64,000 nt of DNA from Salpingoeca rosetta. Taxonomy: Eukaryota; Protista; Choanoflagellata. Where the stretch lies: NCBI GenBank assembly GCA_033442325.1, contig JAWQFM010000015.1, positions 852,335 through 916,334 on the forward strand, written 5' to 3'. The notes below the pieces were generated by a model, which was given only the letters and a program-made list of their open reading frames with translations, was not told where the DNA came from and did no database searches. A program made the position numbers and the translations under genes. This document shows positions 11,433-39,500 of this stretch, piece after piece (within the stretch, counting starts at the first letter, position 1; each line of letters starts with the position of its first letter).

Positions 11433-14284
11433 ATGCTGTCATTGCACTCCACACGGCGGGCCGCAGCCCAGGCAACACGGCTGGCGGCATGCGTGAGCAC
11501 AGCAGCCCGCAGCTCGTCCACCCTGCAGGACTCCGACCGCATCTTCCAGAACCTGTATGGCAAGCACGACTGGGGCCTCAAGGGCGCCATGAAGCGGGTA
11601 AGTGTGTAAACGCAAGGGAGGAGAGAAGGCAAGCCGTGTGGTGATGGGGGGCATTGTCAGCGACACTAGCACCGAGCTTTATGCATGCGTGCACGTGTAC
11701 AATTCCGTGGTTGGCTCCACGGGTGTGTTGACAGCAGACCGGTGCTCACGCTACACGGGTGCTGCTGTTGCCTGGTTGTTGTGCAGGGCACATGGTACAA
11801 GACGAAGGACATTGTGCTCAAGGGTGATGACTTCATCCTTGAGGAAGTGAAGAAGTCCGGCCTGCGCGGTCGCGGCGGTGCTGGATTCCCCTCTGGCCTC
11901 AAGTGGTCTTTCATGAAGGGTGCCACAGATGACCGACCAAAGTACCTCGTCGTCAACGCAGATGAGGGCGAGCCTGGCACATGCAAGGTCTGTCGTGTGT
12001 GTGTGTGTGTGTGTGTGTTTTGGGGCGGGGGGTTGCGTGCGTGTGTGTGCGTTTCCGGTGCAGGGGTGCGTTTGGTTTTTGAGGTGATTGTCGTGTGTTG
12101 TTGGTTGTGTTTGTGTTGATTCTTGCGCATTCGTTAGCGCTATTTCTCCATGTGCTCAATGTGAGCGCTCATCCCTCCACACACACATACATACACACAC
12201 ACATACACACACACATGCAGGATCGCGAGATTATGCGCCATGATCCACACATGCTGATTGAGGGCTGCCTGGTGGCCGGCCGCGCCATGAACGCGCGTGC
12301 GGCATACATCTACATCCGTGGCGAGTTCTTCCAGGAGGCAAGCAACCTGCAGGTCGCCATCAACGAGGTATGCAGCCCTGTGTATGGCTTGCGTATGTAT
12401 CCAACAGCCCGACATTGCCCCTTCCATGCGCGACCCCACACGTAAAATCTCTGCATCTCATCACGCTCATCATCATGCACTGCACTCACTCTTCCTTCTC
12501 CTTTGTGCGTGCTTCGCTCTCTTCCGTTCTTCGCCGCACGACTGCAGGCGTACGATGCGGGTCTGATTGGCAAGAACGCGTGCGGCAGCGGCTATGACTT
12601 TGACGTCTACCTCTTCCGCGGTGCTGGCGCATACATTTGCGGCGAGGAGACGGTGCGTGCTTGTTGTGTGCTCTATCGGGGACTCTGTTGGCCACATGGG
12701 GGCATGACGTGGCAGTTGCCGTGGCAGTGAGGTCTGGGTCGTCGCTGTGAATTACTTTAACGAGTGAATATATGCGCGCGCGCGCGTGTGTGTGCGTGTG
12801 TGTGCGCGCGTTGGGAAGCACTGTTTCAACGACTTACCCAATTCTTCCACATTCACACCACCTGCGCATTCCCATACGTTCATGATCATGTCCTTTTTAC
12901 CTTTCTAACGTACTCGCATGCACCTATGTCTCACCCCCCCCCCCAACTACAGGCGCTGATTGAGAGTCTTGAGGGCAAGACGGGCAAGCCACGCCTGAAG
13001 CCGCCATTCCCTGCAAACGTTGGTCTCTTTGGCTGCCCGACCACCGTTGCCAACGTGGAGACGGTTGCCGTCGCCCCCACCATCCTGCGCCGCGGCGGTG
13101 ACTGGTTTGCAGGCTTTGGTCGCAAGCGCAACGAGGGAACAAAGGTGCGCGTGGTTGTGTATGTTTGTGGTTGTGTGCGTGGTTGTGGATGTTTGTGGTT
13201 GTGCATGTGTGTGTGGGTGTGTGCGTGGTTGTTTGTGTGTGTGCGTGTGTGTGTGGTTGTGTGCGTGTGTGCGTGTGTGTGTGTGTGGTTGTGGCGAGTA
13301 ATTCATGGTAATCATTGAGGACGAGATGGTGTGGGGCTGAGTTGGATGTGACACTGTCTTTGTTGTGCGTTGTTCCTTGACCACCAATCTCACGGCATCC
13401 CTCCTGCGCTTTCACCATGCCACGACTGCAGCTGTTTGCCATCTCTGGAAACGTGAACAACCCGTGCGTGGTTGAGGAGTCCATGTCCATCACGCTTCGC
13501 GAGCTCATTGACAAGCACTGCGGCGGCGTGACTGGCGGCTGGGACAACCTGCTTGGTGTCATCCCTGGTGGCTCGTCCGTGCCCGTGCTGCCCAAGCACA
13601 TTTGCGACGACGTGCTGATGGACTTTGATGCGCTTGCAGCGGAGAAGTCTGGCTTGGGCACGGCTGCCGTCATTGTGATGGACAAGAGCCAGGACATTAT
13701 TGACTGCATCGCCCGCCTCAGCGACTTCTACGTCCACGAGAGCTGCGGACAGGTGTGTATTTGTGTGTGTGCGCGTGTGTCTGTATGTGTGCGCATGTAT
13801 CTGTGTGTGTGCGCATGTATCTGTGTGTCTGTGTGTCTGTGTGTGTCGGTGTGTGTCGGTGTGTTTCTGTGTGTCTGTGTCTGCGAGTGGAAGTTATTTC
13901 ATGTGCATTTCTTCACCTGCTTATTCTATACGCATGTCACATGACGTCCCAACACCTGCCCATCTCACCTTCTCCCCACCACCCCACTTCAACTTCCCGC
14001 AATAATACCACGTGTGCGTGCAGTGCACCCCCTGCCGTGAGGGCACGACGTGGCTGGCGAAGGTGATGCACCGGTTTGTGCGCGGCGACGCCGACAAGGA
14101 GGAGATTGACATGCTGTACGAGCTGACGCGGCAGATTGAGGGCCACACCATCTGTGCGCTGGGCGATGCTGCTGCGTGGCCGGTGCAGGGCCTCATCCGC
14201 CACTTCCGCCCGGAGATTGAGGCGCGCATTGACGCGTACAACAAGTCCAAGGCCGACGCCATCCTCGACGCCGCCACCGCCTGA
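11433..14284 (+). CDS. NDUFV1: NADH dehydrogenase (ubiquinone) flavoprotein 1, 51 kDa subunit of complex I; 7 exons
   Basis: Mitochondrial presequence-like N-terminus, [41 protein letters not shown]|[27 protein letters not shown]|[26 protein letters not shown]. Confidence 0.98.
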
Positions 14285-15331
14285 GCTCCGTGATCGTAGT
14301 CGTGGTCGTGGTGGTGGTGGTGGTGGCTGGTGAATGATGGCGGTGCTGATTCGGGTTGGTGGGTGCGATGGTGACAATTTGGGTGCACACGCATGGGTGC
14401 GGATGTCATGGTTTGGTGTGCTTTGAGGGACTGATTGTGGTGATGCATGCACGTGGTGCGGGTTGAAGTCAGTTTTTCACTGCTCCTTTGCTTTCGCAAT
14501 TCGACTTGTGTCCCTTCCTCCAATCGCCCCATTTGTGTGTCTTGCCGAGTTTGAAAGCGTGTGTGAGGATCGCCAGGTTTTATGTGTGTGTGTGCGTGCG
14601 TGCGTATGCGTGTGCATTTGTTGTTGTGCTGTGGTTGTTGTTTCATCGAACGTCCTTCATAATGCGGTGCAGTCATTTCGTGATGGCGGTGTTGCGTGTA
14701 TGTGTGTCTCGTGTATGGCGTAGCTTTCCTGCTTGTGTGGCGGGGTGCGTGTGTGTTTTATGCACAAAAGAAAAGACCACATTCCAGTACTTTGACACCA
14801 AACGAGCAAGCTAAGGGAGAAGGGGGTGGGGTGGAAGCAAGAGCGAATACGGTCCAAACACAAACAAACAAACAAACAAGTAAGCAAGAAGAAGGGGGGG
14901 GGGAGGGGGAAAGCACATTCACAAGACTAAGAAGAGTGTGCAACAATGTAAAAGTGGCATGTACATGACAGCCTACAGGAATGGTATGAACAACCAAATC
15001 AACAAGGGGGGGGGGCGATTATGTGTGTGTGTGTGGTTTGGGGGGGGGGATTGTCGAAGCGTTGAACAGAAGCTTGGTCACTACTGGTCGGCCCACGTCT
15101 CGACACGAATGTTCCTGGGGTTGGTGGCAAGAGACGAAGAGAGGTGTTGACAAGAGGAGGAGGGAGGGGGGGGGGGACGGGGTTAGATCAAGGGGAAGAG
15201 GTGGCACGAATTCGGTTGTGGACAAGAGCGGCAACGTGCGCCTAACACACTCCTCAACCCATCAACCATATGCACCACTATCACCACCCATCAGCCACAT
15301 GCACCACCACCATCACCATCATCACCACGAA

Positions 15332-16629
15332 TCACCTGGTGCGTGCTGCTCGGCGGGGTTGGCGGGAGGACGACGACTGTGATCGCGGCGTTCGTGACAG
15401 CGCATCAATTCGCGCCCATCGCAGCATCTCCTGTTCCTGTCTGCAGGGAGCGAAATAGAGGGGGAGGGGAAGGGGAAGGCGGGTTAGTGGTGATGTGGGA
15501 GGTATGATGGGGAAGGGGGTGGGAAAGGGGGTGGAGAAGGACACGTACACAGGCAGACAAGCACGGAGGAATGGAGAGGTAGACACACACACACACACAC
15601 AAAAGCATACACAAGCGCACACACAAGAGCATACACAAGAGCATACACAAGAGCATACACAAGAGCACACATACACACACATAGAAGAGCATACACAACA
15701 CATCCTGCACCACCATCACCATCACCACCACCATCGCCGTCACCACTATAGACTCACTCGTCCTCCTGCGTTGATCGGACGAAGCGTTGGGAGAGGGATG
15801 CGAGGTTTCCCTCGAGCTGGTGCTTATCGCGCTCGGAGCGGCCGAGACGGCGTAGGAGCGCGGCGCGGTGGGCCACGTTGGTCACCACCTGCGCACGCAG
15901 CACACGCGTGTCCGTCTGGGAATCCTGCAGCGGCAAAGAGTGAAATGTGTGTGCGTGTGAGTGTGTGTGTGTGTGTGAGAGAGAGAAAGAGAGAGAGTGT
16001 GTGTGAGAGAGAGAAAGAGAGAGAGAGTGTGTGTGTACGTGGATAGGAGGGATTGTGTGTGAGGATGGTGGAGAGGCAGAACACGCCATATACACGAGAG
16101 TTCAGCGATATGTCAGCAACAGACCGACCGATAGACACATGCACACACACACACACACACACACACACGTCCACACCTTTGCAAAGAGGAGGAGGTCTGT
16201 GTTTTCCTGGCGGAGGCGGGCGACCTCCTGCCGCAGCTGCGTGTTCTCGGCCATGAGCGCATCGTTGCGCAGCGCCACATCATTCGCTTCCGTCTGGATG
16301 TATGTGTGCATGTGTGCATGTGTGCATGTGTGCATGTGTGTATGTCCGCATGCGTGAATGTGAGTGTGTGCGTGCAGCTACGCAAGCATGTGTAAATGTG
16401 TGAATGCAACTACGGGCATGCACACGCATGCAGAGGCACACATTGTTGTAAACGACATGAAACGAGTAGCAGCAGCATGCGTGTATCCCCCACCATTGCT
16501 CGGGTCAACTTCTGGTCAAGCGCTTCCTGCGCCCGGCGTCTGAAGCACGATGGTGATCAGGCACACGCGGATTCGGTTCGTACGTGAGCTTGTGCGTGCC
16601 ACGGCAACCAGGCAGACACACACAACCAC

Positions 16630-16668
<39 letters not shown>

Positions 16669-16972
16669 GACACACACAGACACACAGACACGTCGCCCTT
16701 ACGTCTTGAGGTACTCTGCGCGGGAGCTTCGAGAGGGCGGGCGCAGGGGCTCTTTGAGCTTGCTCCGTTCCAAAGGCTCGTGATGCAGCCCACTGCGATG
16801 CAGTCGTTGCAGCTCTTCACGCAACCGCTGCAGCTCAACCTCCACTGTGGGTGATGCGTGCAGGTGTACAAAGACGCAAAGATGTATGCAGTGTGAGGAT
16901 GAGTCGATGTCAAGGCATGTACGCCACGGCATCAGAGCCTGGGGGTGACACACACACAAACACACGCACACA

Positions 16973-17011
<39 letters not shown>

Positions 17012-17016
17012 GCACG

Positions 17017-17065
<49 letters not shown>

Positions 17066-17069
17066 CAAC

Positions 17070-17130
<61 letters not shown>

Positions 17131-17642
17131 GTTCAACTTCTCGTCGCTGGGCTTGCTTGTTGGCACGTCGCAGCTTCCGCTTGAGGATCTCGTTCTCTTC
17201 CAGGAGCGCCTGCACGTTGATTTGCTCCGTGTTGTCGGTTGTGTCGTCGTACTCGTACCCATCACCACCGTCATCGTCACCACCATCATCATCATCGGTG
17301 GTGTATCGTTGCTGCGATCTCCCCTGCTTGCACACACGCACATGTAATTGGTGAGCGAGACAGGCTGCTGTGATGGTGATGTGTGACACCATTCTCAATG
17401 GCAATGAACATCAACCAACGACATCCACACCTCTTGACTGATGTGAATGCACTCTAACTTCCACCACAATGCAAAGCAAGCACACACACACACACACACA
17501 CACACTGCAGCGACGACACCTTGGGTGATGAGAGCTGTGAGCGGAGGCGAGAGATGTGATCCTTGGTGTCTTGGATGTCGCCTTTCAGCGACAGGTGCAT
17601 TGAGTCCAGCGCCCTGCCAACCCCAGTGTCATACGTGCTCAT
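15332..17642 (-). CDS. Uncharacterised coiled-coil protein, about 7 short exons
   Basis: Short coding islands between (CA)n tracts with GT/AG boundaries on the minus strand: MSTYDTGVGRALDSMHLSLKGDIQDTKDHISRLRSQL, INVQALLEENEILKRKLRRANKQ, VEVELQRLREELQRLHR, TEANDVALRNDALMAENTQLRQEVARLRQEN, EQEMLRWARIDALSRTPR. Heptad-like pattern, no family recognised. Confidence 0.65.
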
Positions 17643-18188
17643 CGTCGTCGTTGTGGGCTTGCTTGCTTGCTTTGCTTGCTTGATTTGATAAGGGGGACGA
17701 GTTTGTTTGGATGCGTTGCGAGGCAGAAGAATGCGTCGTGAGCGACAGCATATAAAGTAGCAAGGCCCAAACTTGCAAGACGACGAACGAATGTGAGCGA
17801 GGAGAGGAGAGGACCTTTCGATTCGTTGCGAAGGTTGGTTTTGGTGCTGCCTCGCCTGCCAATGCACGAGCATCCATCATCATCGACCTCGACCTTGTCT
17901 GCCGTCCACCCATCCATCCATCTATCCATCCATCCACCTACCAATCCATATCCATCCACACTGCCCCATCTATCCATTCATTGGCGGTACTCTCTTGTTT
18001 TCTTCTTACGTTGGCTTGATTGCTTTGGGTTTGTTTGGCCACTCCTCCGACCTGCCACGGTTGCGGTCGTCGTCATCCCCGTCCCCTTTGCCAAATTGCA
18101 TCGCATGTGTGAAAGGAGACCAGGCAATCTCTGGGAGTGTCGAACACAACACCTCAGCTGATCTGTTGGGAAGGTTGGGAAGGATCCA

Positions 18189-26555
<8,367 letters not shown>

Positions 26556-27383
26556 ACAGTGCGGCGTGTTTGCTTGTGTGTGAGTTGTGAGAATGCAAGC
26601 GTTGTGTTCGTGTGAGTGTGTTTGTGACAGTTTGAGCGTGTTTGGTTGTGTAGCATGACCGGTTTTGAAGTGAACATGGTGTGCCTCAGGAACGTTGCAA
26701 GTTTTCGTTGAGTGATTTGTGTGTGTGCGTGTGTGTGTCTGTGTCTGTGTCTGTCTGTCTGTGTGTCTGTCTGTCTGTCTGTGTGTGTGTGTGTGTGTGT
26801 TCTTTGGCACGACATTCTATTCTGTCTTCCTACCTGTGTGTGGCGTTGTTCTTTGTGAGAAGGTGCGTGATCATGCATGCATGAATGGCTGACCGAGGCC
26901 AATGCGTATTGTTGGCTGTGTGTATGTGGCAGCTTTGCCTGGTGTCTCTCCCACTCTGTACACTCGCGAGCGCGTGGTAGTGATGCTGGTGAATGTGCTT
27001 GCTTTCTTGTGACCTGTCATGGGGTGCGTGTGCATGTGCATGTGCGTGTGTGTGAACGCGCTTGCACGTGTTTGCACTTTGGCAGTAAACCTTCAGATTC
27101 CTCATTGCTGAACAGTTTACTCGTTATTCCTTGAACACAGAGAGGGAGAGAGGGGGAGGGGGTGCGCGAATCAAAGCACGGGAATTGAGAGACAGTGAGT
27201 GAAGCGTGCATTACGAGAGTGGGGAGCAATGGTGACAGCAGCAGCGGGCGGCACACGACGTATTGACAGACAAACAGACAAGACAGGGAATACGTGAACA
27301 ACTTCGACAAGGACACGGCAGAGAGTGGCAACGTGAATGACAGACAAAACACGTGGACACGCACGCAAACAGCAGCAAGGGTA

Positions 27384-33597
<6,214 letters not shown>

Positions 33598-33770
33598 CAC
33601 GGCTCCTTCCTTCCTTGCTCTGCTTCTGATCATGCAAAACAAAGAAGGCACACAAACAAAGCAGTTGGGCCATGCAGAGTAGTGAGGCCGTGCACAGACA
33701 CAAGCGAGACAGACACGAACACGAGAGCAGACATCAGAGGCAAGGAAGCTGCGCTCGCCATCACCACACC

Positions 33771-33869
<99 letters not shown>

Positions 33870-33898
33870 TTGCTGCTGCTGTTGTGTGCGCCTCAGTG

Positions 33899-33907
33899 GT
33901 TGCCAAG
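33899..33907 (+). promoter_or_regulatory. Candidate RFX (X-box) half-site GTTGCCAAG in the DRC1/EFCAB2 divergent promoter
   Basis: Matches the GTTGCC(A) half of the X-box, about 90 bp upstream of the EFCAB2 ATG; second half-site is degenerate. Confidence 0.45.
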
Positions 33908-33989
33908 TCGCAGGTTGGGAAGAATTGCCGTGTTTTACGCCACTTTTCGGAAACTCAGCAACCTCAAAGACAACAGAACAACAACGACG

Positions 33990-35276
33990 ATGGCAGACGA
34001 GGAGAGGAAGGAGGATGGGGCCCTCAGCCCAACAACAGCAGCAACGAACGAAGGGAGCGGGCAAGGCGCATCCAAGGCGGGCTCCAAGGCGGGCTCCAAG
34101 GCTGGATCAAAAGCAGCTTCAAGGGCAGCATCAAAGCCCGCGTCTGCCAAACCCACGAGCGCCAAGGGCTCCAAACCGTCGAGCGCAAAGCCGGGCCCAG
34201 ATGTGCCTCAGGTGGCTGGCGTGGTGATGGGCGACCTGTCGCAGGCCCCACCGCAGCCAGTGGATCCCGCAACAGCCAAGCTACACTTGACCATCGCCAA
34301 CGCCTTCAAGGTCTTTGACAACGACAACACAAACAGCGTCGACGTCAAGTGCGTCTTTTCATGTCTGAGCGCTTGGTGTTTTGTGTGTGCGTTTGTTTGT
34401 TTGTTTGTTTGTTTGTTTGTTTGTTTGTTTGTTTGTTTGTTTGTGTGTGTGTGTGTGTGTGTTTGTGTTTGTGCGTGTGCGTGCATGTGTTTGTGTATGT
34501 ATGTGTGTGTGTGCGCGCGCGTGTGTGTTTGTGTGTGGTGATCATTTACGAGTGTACTTTGTGGGAATCAAGCTCATTACTTCATTGCACTCACCTCATT
34601 ACGCTCACCCCCCCCCCCCTTGTGTTTACATCATCGGTAGTGAGATTGGCACCATTGTAAGGTCGCTGGGCTGCTGTCCATCGGAGGAGGACTTGCAGGA
34701 GATTATCCTCGAGGTGCGATTGTTGTGAGCTTATGTGCATACATGTGTGCGTTGCGTGTGTGCGTTGCGTGTATGCGTTGCGTGCAGGTATGTGTGTGCG
34801 TGTGTGTTTGCATGTGTGTGTTCGTGTGTGTGTGTGTGTATGTGTGTGTGTGTGTGTGTGTCCGTGGTTTTACCCAATCGACAACCTTTGCTCAATTGCT
34901 GATGTATCCTCACATGCCGCTTTGGCTACTGCACAGTGCGAAGAGGAAGAGTCAACGGGGACCATCTCCTACGAGCGATTCGAGCCCGTCATGACCCGCG
35001 TCCTCAAAGAGAAGCGGTGCGGGCTGTGTAATATGGCTGCTGCCTGTCATGCTCCGTGCCCTTGTTGTTGTGGTTGTTGTCGCGTTGAAGGATGGGTGGT
35101 GCGTTTGCTGCCTTCATCTGATCACGTGCATCTCTGTGCTCACGGCTCTGTACCTGCTGCTTTCATTGCTCCCAGGTACATGTCGGCTACTGTGGATGAG
35201 TTGGTGGAAGCTTTCAAGGTTCGGGACCGCGCACTCCTCGCTCTTGCGCACACTCTTACTGCCTTTGTACTTGACC

Positions 35277-35340
<64 letters not shown>

Positions 35341-35831
35341 GCACATTCACACACACACACACAAGCACATTCACACACACGCGCACGCGCGCGCATCTGA
35401 CGCGTGATTTTGTTGCGGTTAACCCTCGCTTGAGTAGGTGATTGATGAGGAAGGCCAAGGTTATTTGGACCCAGAAGAGCTGGCAAAGCTCCTGACAGAG
35501 AAAGGTACACGGGTGTGCGTGTGTGCGTGTGTACGTGTGTAAGTGTGTGCGCGCGCGTGTGTGCGTGCGTGTGTGTGTGTCTGTTGACGCAGGTACGCTT
35601 TGTTTCTGTTGTCGGGCGTTCAGCATTCTCCACAACCACGCCGCCCTTGTTGTGCGCCTCGTACTCCCTCACGCCTCTTGCCACATCCTCGAAACAGGGG
35701 ATGCGTTTACAGAGGACGAGGTGACGGAGATGTTCAGAACGGCGGTGGACATCAACGACAACCGCCTTTACTACGAGGACCACGCCATGATCCTTGCCCT
35801 CGACAAAGAAGCCTATCCCTATCAAGATTAA
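33990..35831 (+). CDS. EFCAB2: EF-hand calcium-binding domain protein 2 (N-DRC subunit DRC8), 6 exons
   Basis: [16 protein letters not shown]|[24 protein letters not shown]|[27 protein letters not shown]|[14 protein letters not shown]|[22 protein letters not shown]|[18 protein letters not shown]; the EIGTIxRSLGCCP motif is characteristic of EFCAB2. Confidence 0.9.
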
Positions 35832-35870
35832 CGTGTGTGTGTGTTTGCATATGTGCGAGTGTGTTTGCAT

Positions 35871-35902
<32 letters not shown>

Positions 35903-35910
35903 CGAGTGTA

Positions 35911-35946
<36 letters not shown>

Positions 35947-36304
35947 TGTGTGTCTGCTTGCTTGTTGTGCTGGACGCGTGGTTACATTCGACGACTCTGG
36001 TCCCTCCGCGTCGCTGTTGCTTCCCTTCTCGTCTTCAAGCCTCCAGCCAGTGGCGATTTTGTGCAATTCCCATGAATTATACGAATGTTATGTAAAATTT
36101 CGGTAGCTTTTCCTCCTCCAACAAATGAGAAAAAAGCCGCATGCATCTACCCCTCCAACAACACCATCGCCATCATCACAAACAACACGGAAGCACCTTC
36201 ACATATCGCCCCCCCCCCCCAACTTGTTGGAGAGAGCTGTGCGTGTGCGTGCGAGTTGTTGAGTGCTGCAACCACTAGGGAGGCGGTAGAAGAATAGAGC
36301 AACC

Positions 36305-36501
36305 ATGGGAACGCTGTGGCGGTCGCAGGAGATGGGGAGGGCCAAGCTGTTTGTGCCCTCCGAGGTCTCGTACGAGGTCGTCAGCGCCCTCGGCGACATT
36401 GGCCTTGTCCAGTTCATCGACGTGCGTTGCTGAGTTTGTGGCTCTGTGTGTGTGTGCATGTGTGTGTGTGTGTGCGTGTTCGTGTGTTTGCATGTGTGTG
36501 T

Positions 36502-36554
<53 letters not shown>

Positions 36555-39500
36555 CGCTCGTGTGTGTGTGTGTGTGTTTGCATGTTTATGTGTGTGTGTG
36601 TGCGCGCGCGTGTGCTGCTCCGTCTCCCCGTCTCTATCTGTCTCTCCCTCCCTCCCTCTTCTATCCATCCATCTATGTATCTATCCATCTATCTATCCAT
36701 CCATCCATCTATCCATCTATCTGTCTCTCTGTCTCTCCTCTTGCCTTTGTTTCTTTATTGCATCCCATGTCTTGCGGGGACTGACGCATGCCCCCTCGTT
36801 CATGACGTGCAGGCCAACCCGGACCTGAACGCGTTCCAGCGCAAGTTTGTGAACGAGGTTCGCCGCTGCGATGAGATGGAGCGCAAGCTGCGCTTCTTCG
36901 AGTCCGAGATTGAGAAGCTGAAGCTGGAGATCAACGGTGCCGAGGAAGCTGCAAGCATGCCCGCTCCCGACATGAAGGGCATGCACAGCATGGAGGCAGA
37001 GTTTGACAGACTCGAGCGCGAGGTGTGTGTGTGTGTGTGTGATGGTGTGTCTGACTGCTTTTGATTATGTGGTTGCATGATGGTGTTGTGTTGTTGCTTG
37101 TTCACCATTGTGTGTACGTGCGTGCTGTGTGTTCTGTGTTGCGCGACTTTGAACTGTTGGGCTAGCGTGTTGTGAGCCCGTATCGTTGTGCAAGCCCTTG
37201 CTTCCCTCCATAGAACACACCTGCATTAACACATACCATCTCTTCCAACCCACCCACCACACCACCTCAATGCCAACAGATGAAGGAGATCAACAACAAC
37301 GAGCAGGTGCTCAAGAAGCAGAACCTGGAGCTCACGGAGCTGCACGAGATTCTCAACCGCACTGCCATGTTCTTCGACGAGGCAGAGAGCGCAACAGCCG
37401 CCCTGTCCGCGGACACTGCAGAGTGAGTTGTATTGGGAAGAAAAGAGATGAGGGGAGACGGGGAAGCAAGTAGGAAGGGTGGAGAGATGTTGGAGGAGGG
37501 GGGCCGGAAGAAAACGGGAGAGAGCGGCAAAAGTTGGGGGGGGGTTGTCGGTAGGCCTGACCGTGTGGCCCGTGTGTTGGATGAGCTGTGCTTGAAGCAG
37601 AACACACATACATTTGCCTTTGATTTTGTTGCTCCTCTCTCCTTGTCCCTTCGACCGTGCACCGTGCCCTCACCTCCTTGGCTGCTTGTCCTCATCATCC
37701 CGCCTCACCTGCACCAGCTCCTCCAACACGCCGCTGCTTGAGGCTGACGAGCGCTCCGGGCAGCTTGCGTTTGTGACGGGTGTGATTGCGCGCGAGCGTG
37801 TGCCCGGCTTTGAGCGCCTGCTGTGGCGCGCGTGCCGCGGTAACGTGTTCCTGCGTCGCGTGCCCATTGACGAACCCGTGCACGACCCGACAACTGGCGA
37901 CGAGATCCACAAGGAGGTCTTCATCGTCTTCTACCAGGGTGAACAGCTCGGCAACCGCGTCAAGAAGATCTGCGAGGGGTAAGCAGGCGGGGGGGGACGA
38001 TTAAGTGTGGCTATGCATGTGCAAGAGGTGTGGGTGTGTGTGAAGAGGTGTGTGGGTGTGTGTGAAGAGGTGTGTGCGCGCGCATGCATTGGTAAGTGAG
38101 TGTGCGGCACGTTGTGCCCTCTCTCCCTTTCCCCCAAACACACACACGCACGCACACAATGAACACATTTCTGCTCACACGCGCATTCCACATGTGCTGG
38201 GTGGCGATGCAGGTATGATGCGACCATCTACCCGTGCCCAAACCTTCCCTCCAAGCGCCGTGAGCTTCGCGAGGGCGTCAAGACCCGTATCCTCGACCTC
38301 CAGAACGTAAGCAGGTTTGCATGACACAGCGAGCCACACCATCCGCCTCCCTTGGCGCGCGTTTTCCTCCCCATTTCTTCGTTTCTGTTGCCATTTTTCT
38401 TTCTCTGGTGCCGTTTCTTTATCCCTTCGCCTTCCCCTCCTGGTCCATCCCCATCCTTTGTTGTCACCGCTCTCCACCTTCATGGCGCGGCCACACCGTA
38501 CCGTGTGCTGTGAATATGATTCCACTTCTGAGCGAACACCAAACGTTCTGCTGGTTCTACTGTACTGTGTGCACTTGATTGCTCTCTTCCCCACGTGCTT
38601 GCACAGCCCAAGTAACTCGCAACACCTCCTCCTCCTGCGTTATCTCAATGGCATTCTTTTCTTTCTTTTTTTTTTTTTTTGCACTTGTATTCCTTCCTTT
38701 TGCTCCCCCGTTGCCATCTCCAACGTCATGCCAATCCTCCCCTCTGTTCTCATTGCTATCACATCACCACCACCGTCGTCGCTGCTGTCGCCACCACTTT
38801 GACCCTCATCACCACCATCAACACCATCTGCGAACACATCAGGTGCTGCACCGCACGGAAGACCACCGCCGGCACGTGTTGTCCACCATTGCCTTCAAGC
38901 TCGGCGGCTGGATTGTCCAGGTCAAGAAGATCAAGGCAATCTTCCACACCATGAACAAGTTCAACGTCGATGGCACTCGCAAGGTACAGCTCGTGTGGTG
39001 ATGCACTGGGTGTGGTGTGTGTGCGCGCGCGCGTAGTTACGCATGCGCTGCTTGTTTTTCTGTTTTGCTGCTGTTGAATCCCATTTCATGTTACCAGCTC
39101 CCGTCCATCCATCGCTATGTTCCCATCCCCACCTTACACCATCCCCTCACTCCCACACCATCACACACCACCATATGCACACAGAGCCTGATTGCGGAGG
39201 TGTGGTATCCGCTTGCGCGCGTTGATGAGATTCAGCATGCGCTGCGCGTGGGCACGTCCCGCGCCGGCAGCGACATGCAGGCCATCCTTAACGACATTCC
39301 CCACGACAGCAAGCCCCCGACGGCCTACTTCACCACCAAGTTCACACGCGGGTTCCAGTCCATTGTCGATGCGTACGGTGTTGCAACATACCGCGAGGTC
39401 AACCCAGGTGCGTCCAAAGCAGGGTGTTACGTGAATAGTCGTGGTGTTGGTGGTGTTGGTGTGCGTATGTGTTTGGCGTGTGCGTGTGTGTTTGAGTTGC

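Noticed and set aside
15604-15696. 12-bp tandem repeat (ACAAGAGCATAC)
   Set aside because: Ordinary intronic minisatellite derived from the CA-rich background.
38510-38580. SECIS or C/D box reading of the duplicated element (ATGA...CTGA)
   Set aside because: Intronic location, no RTGATGA box C and no convincing SECIS helix.
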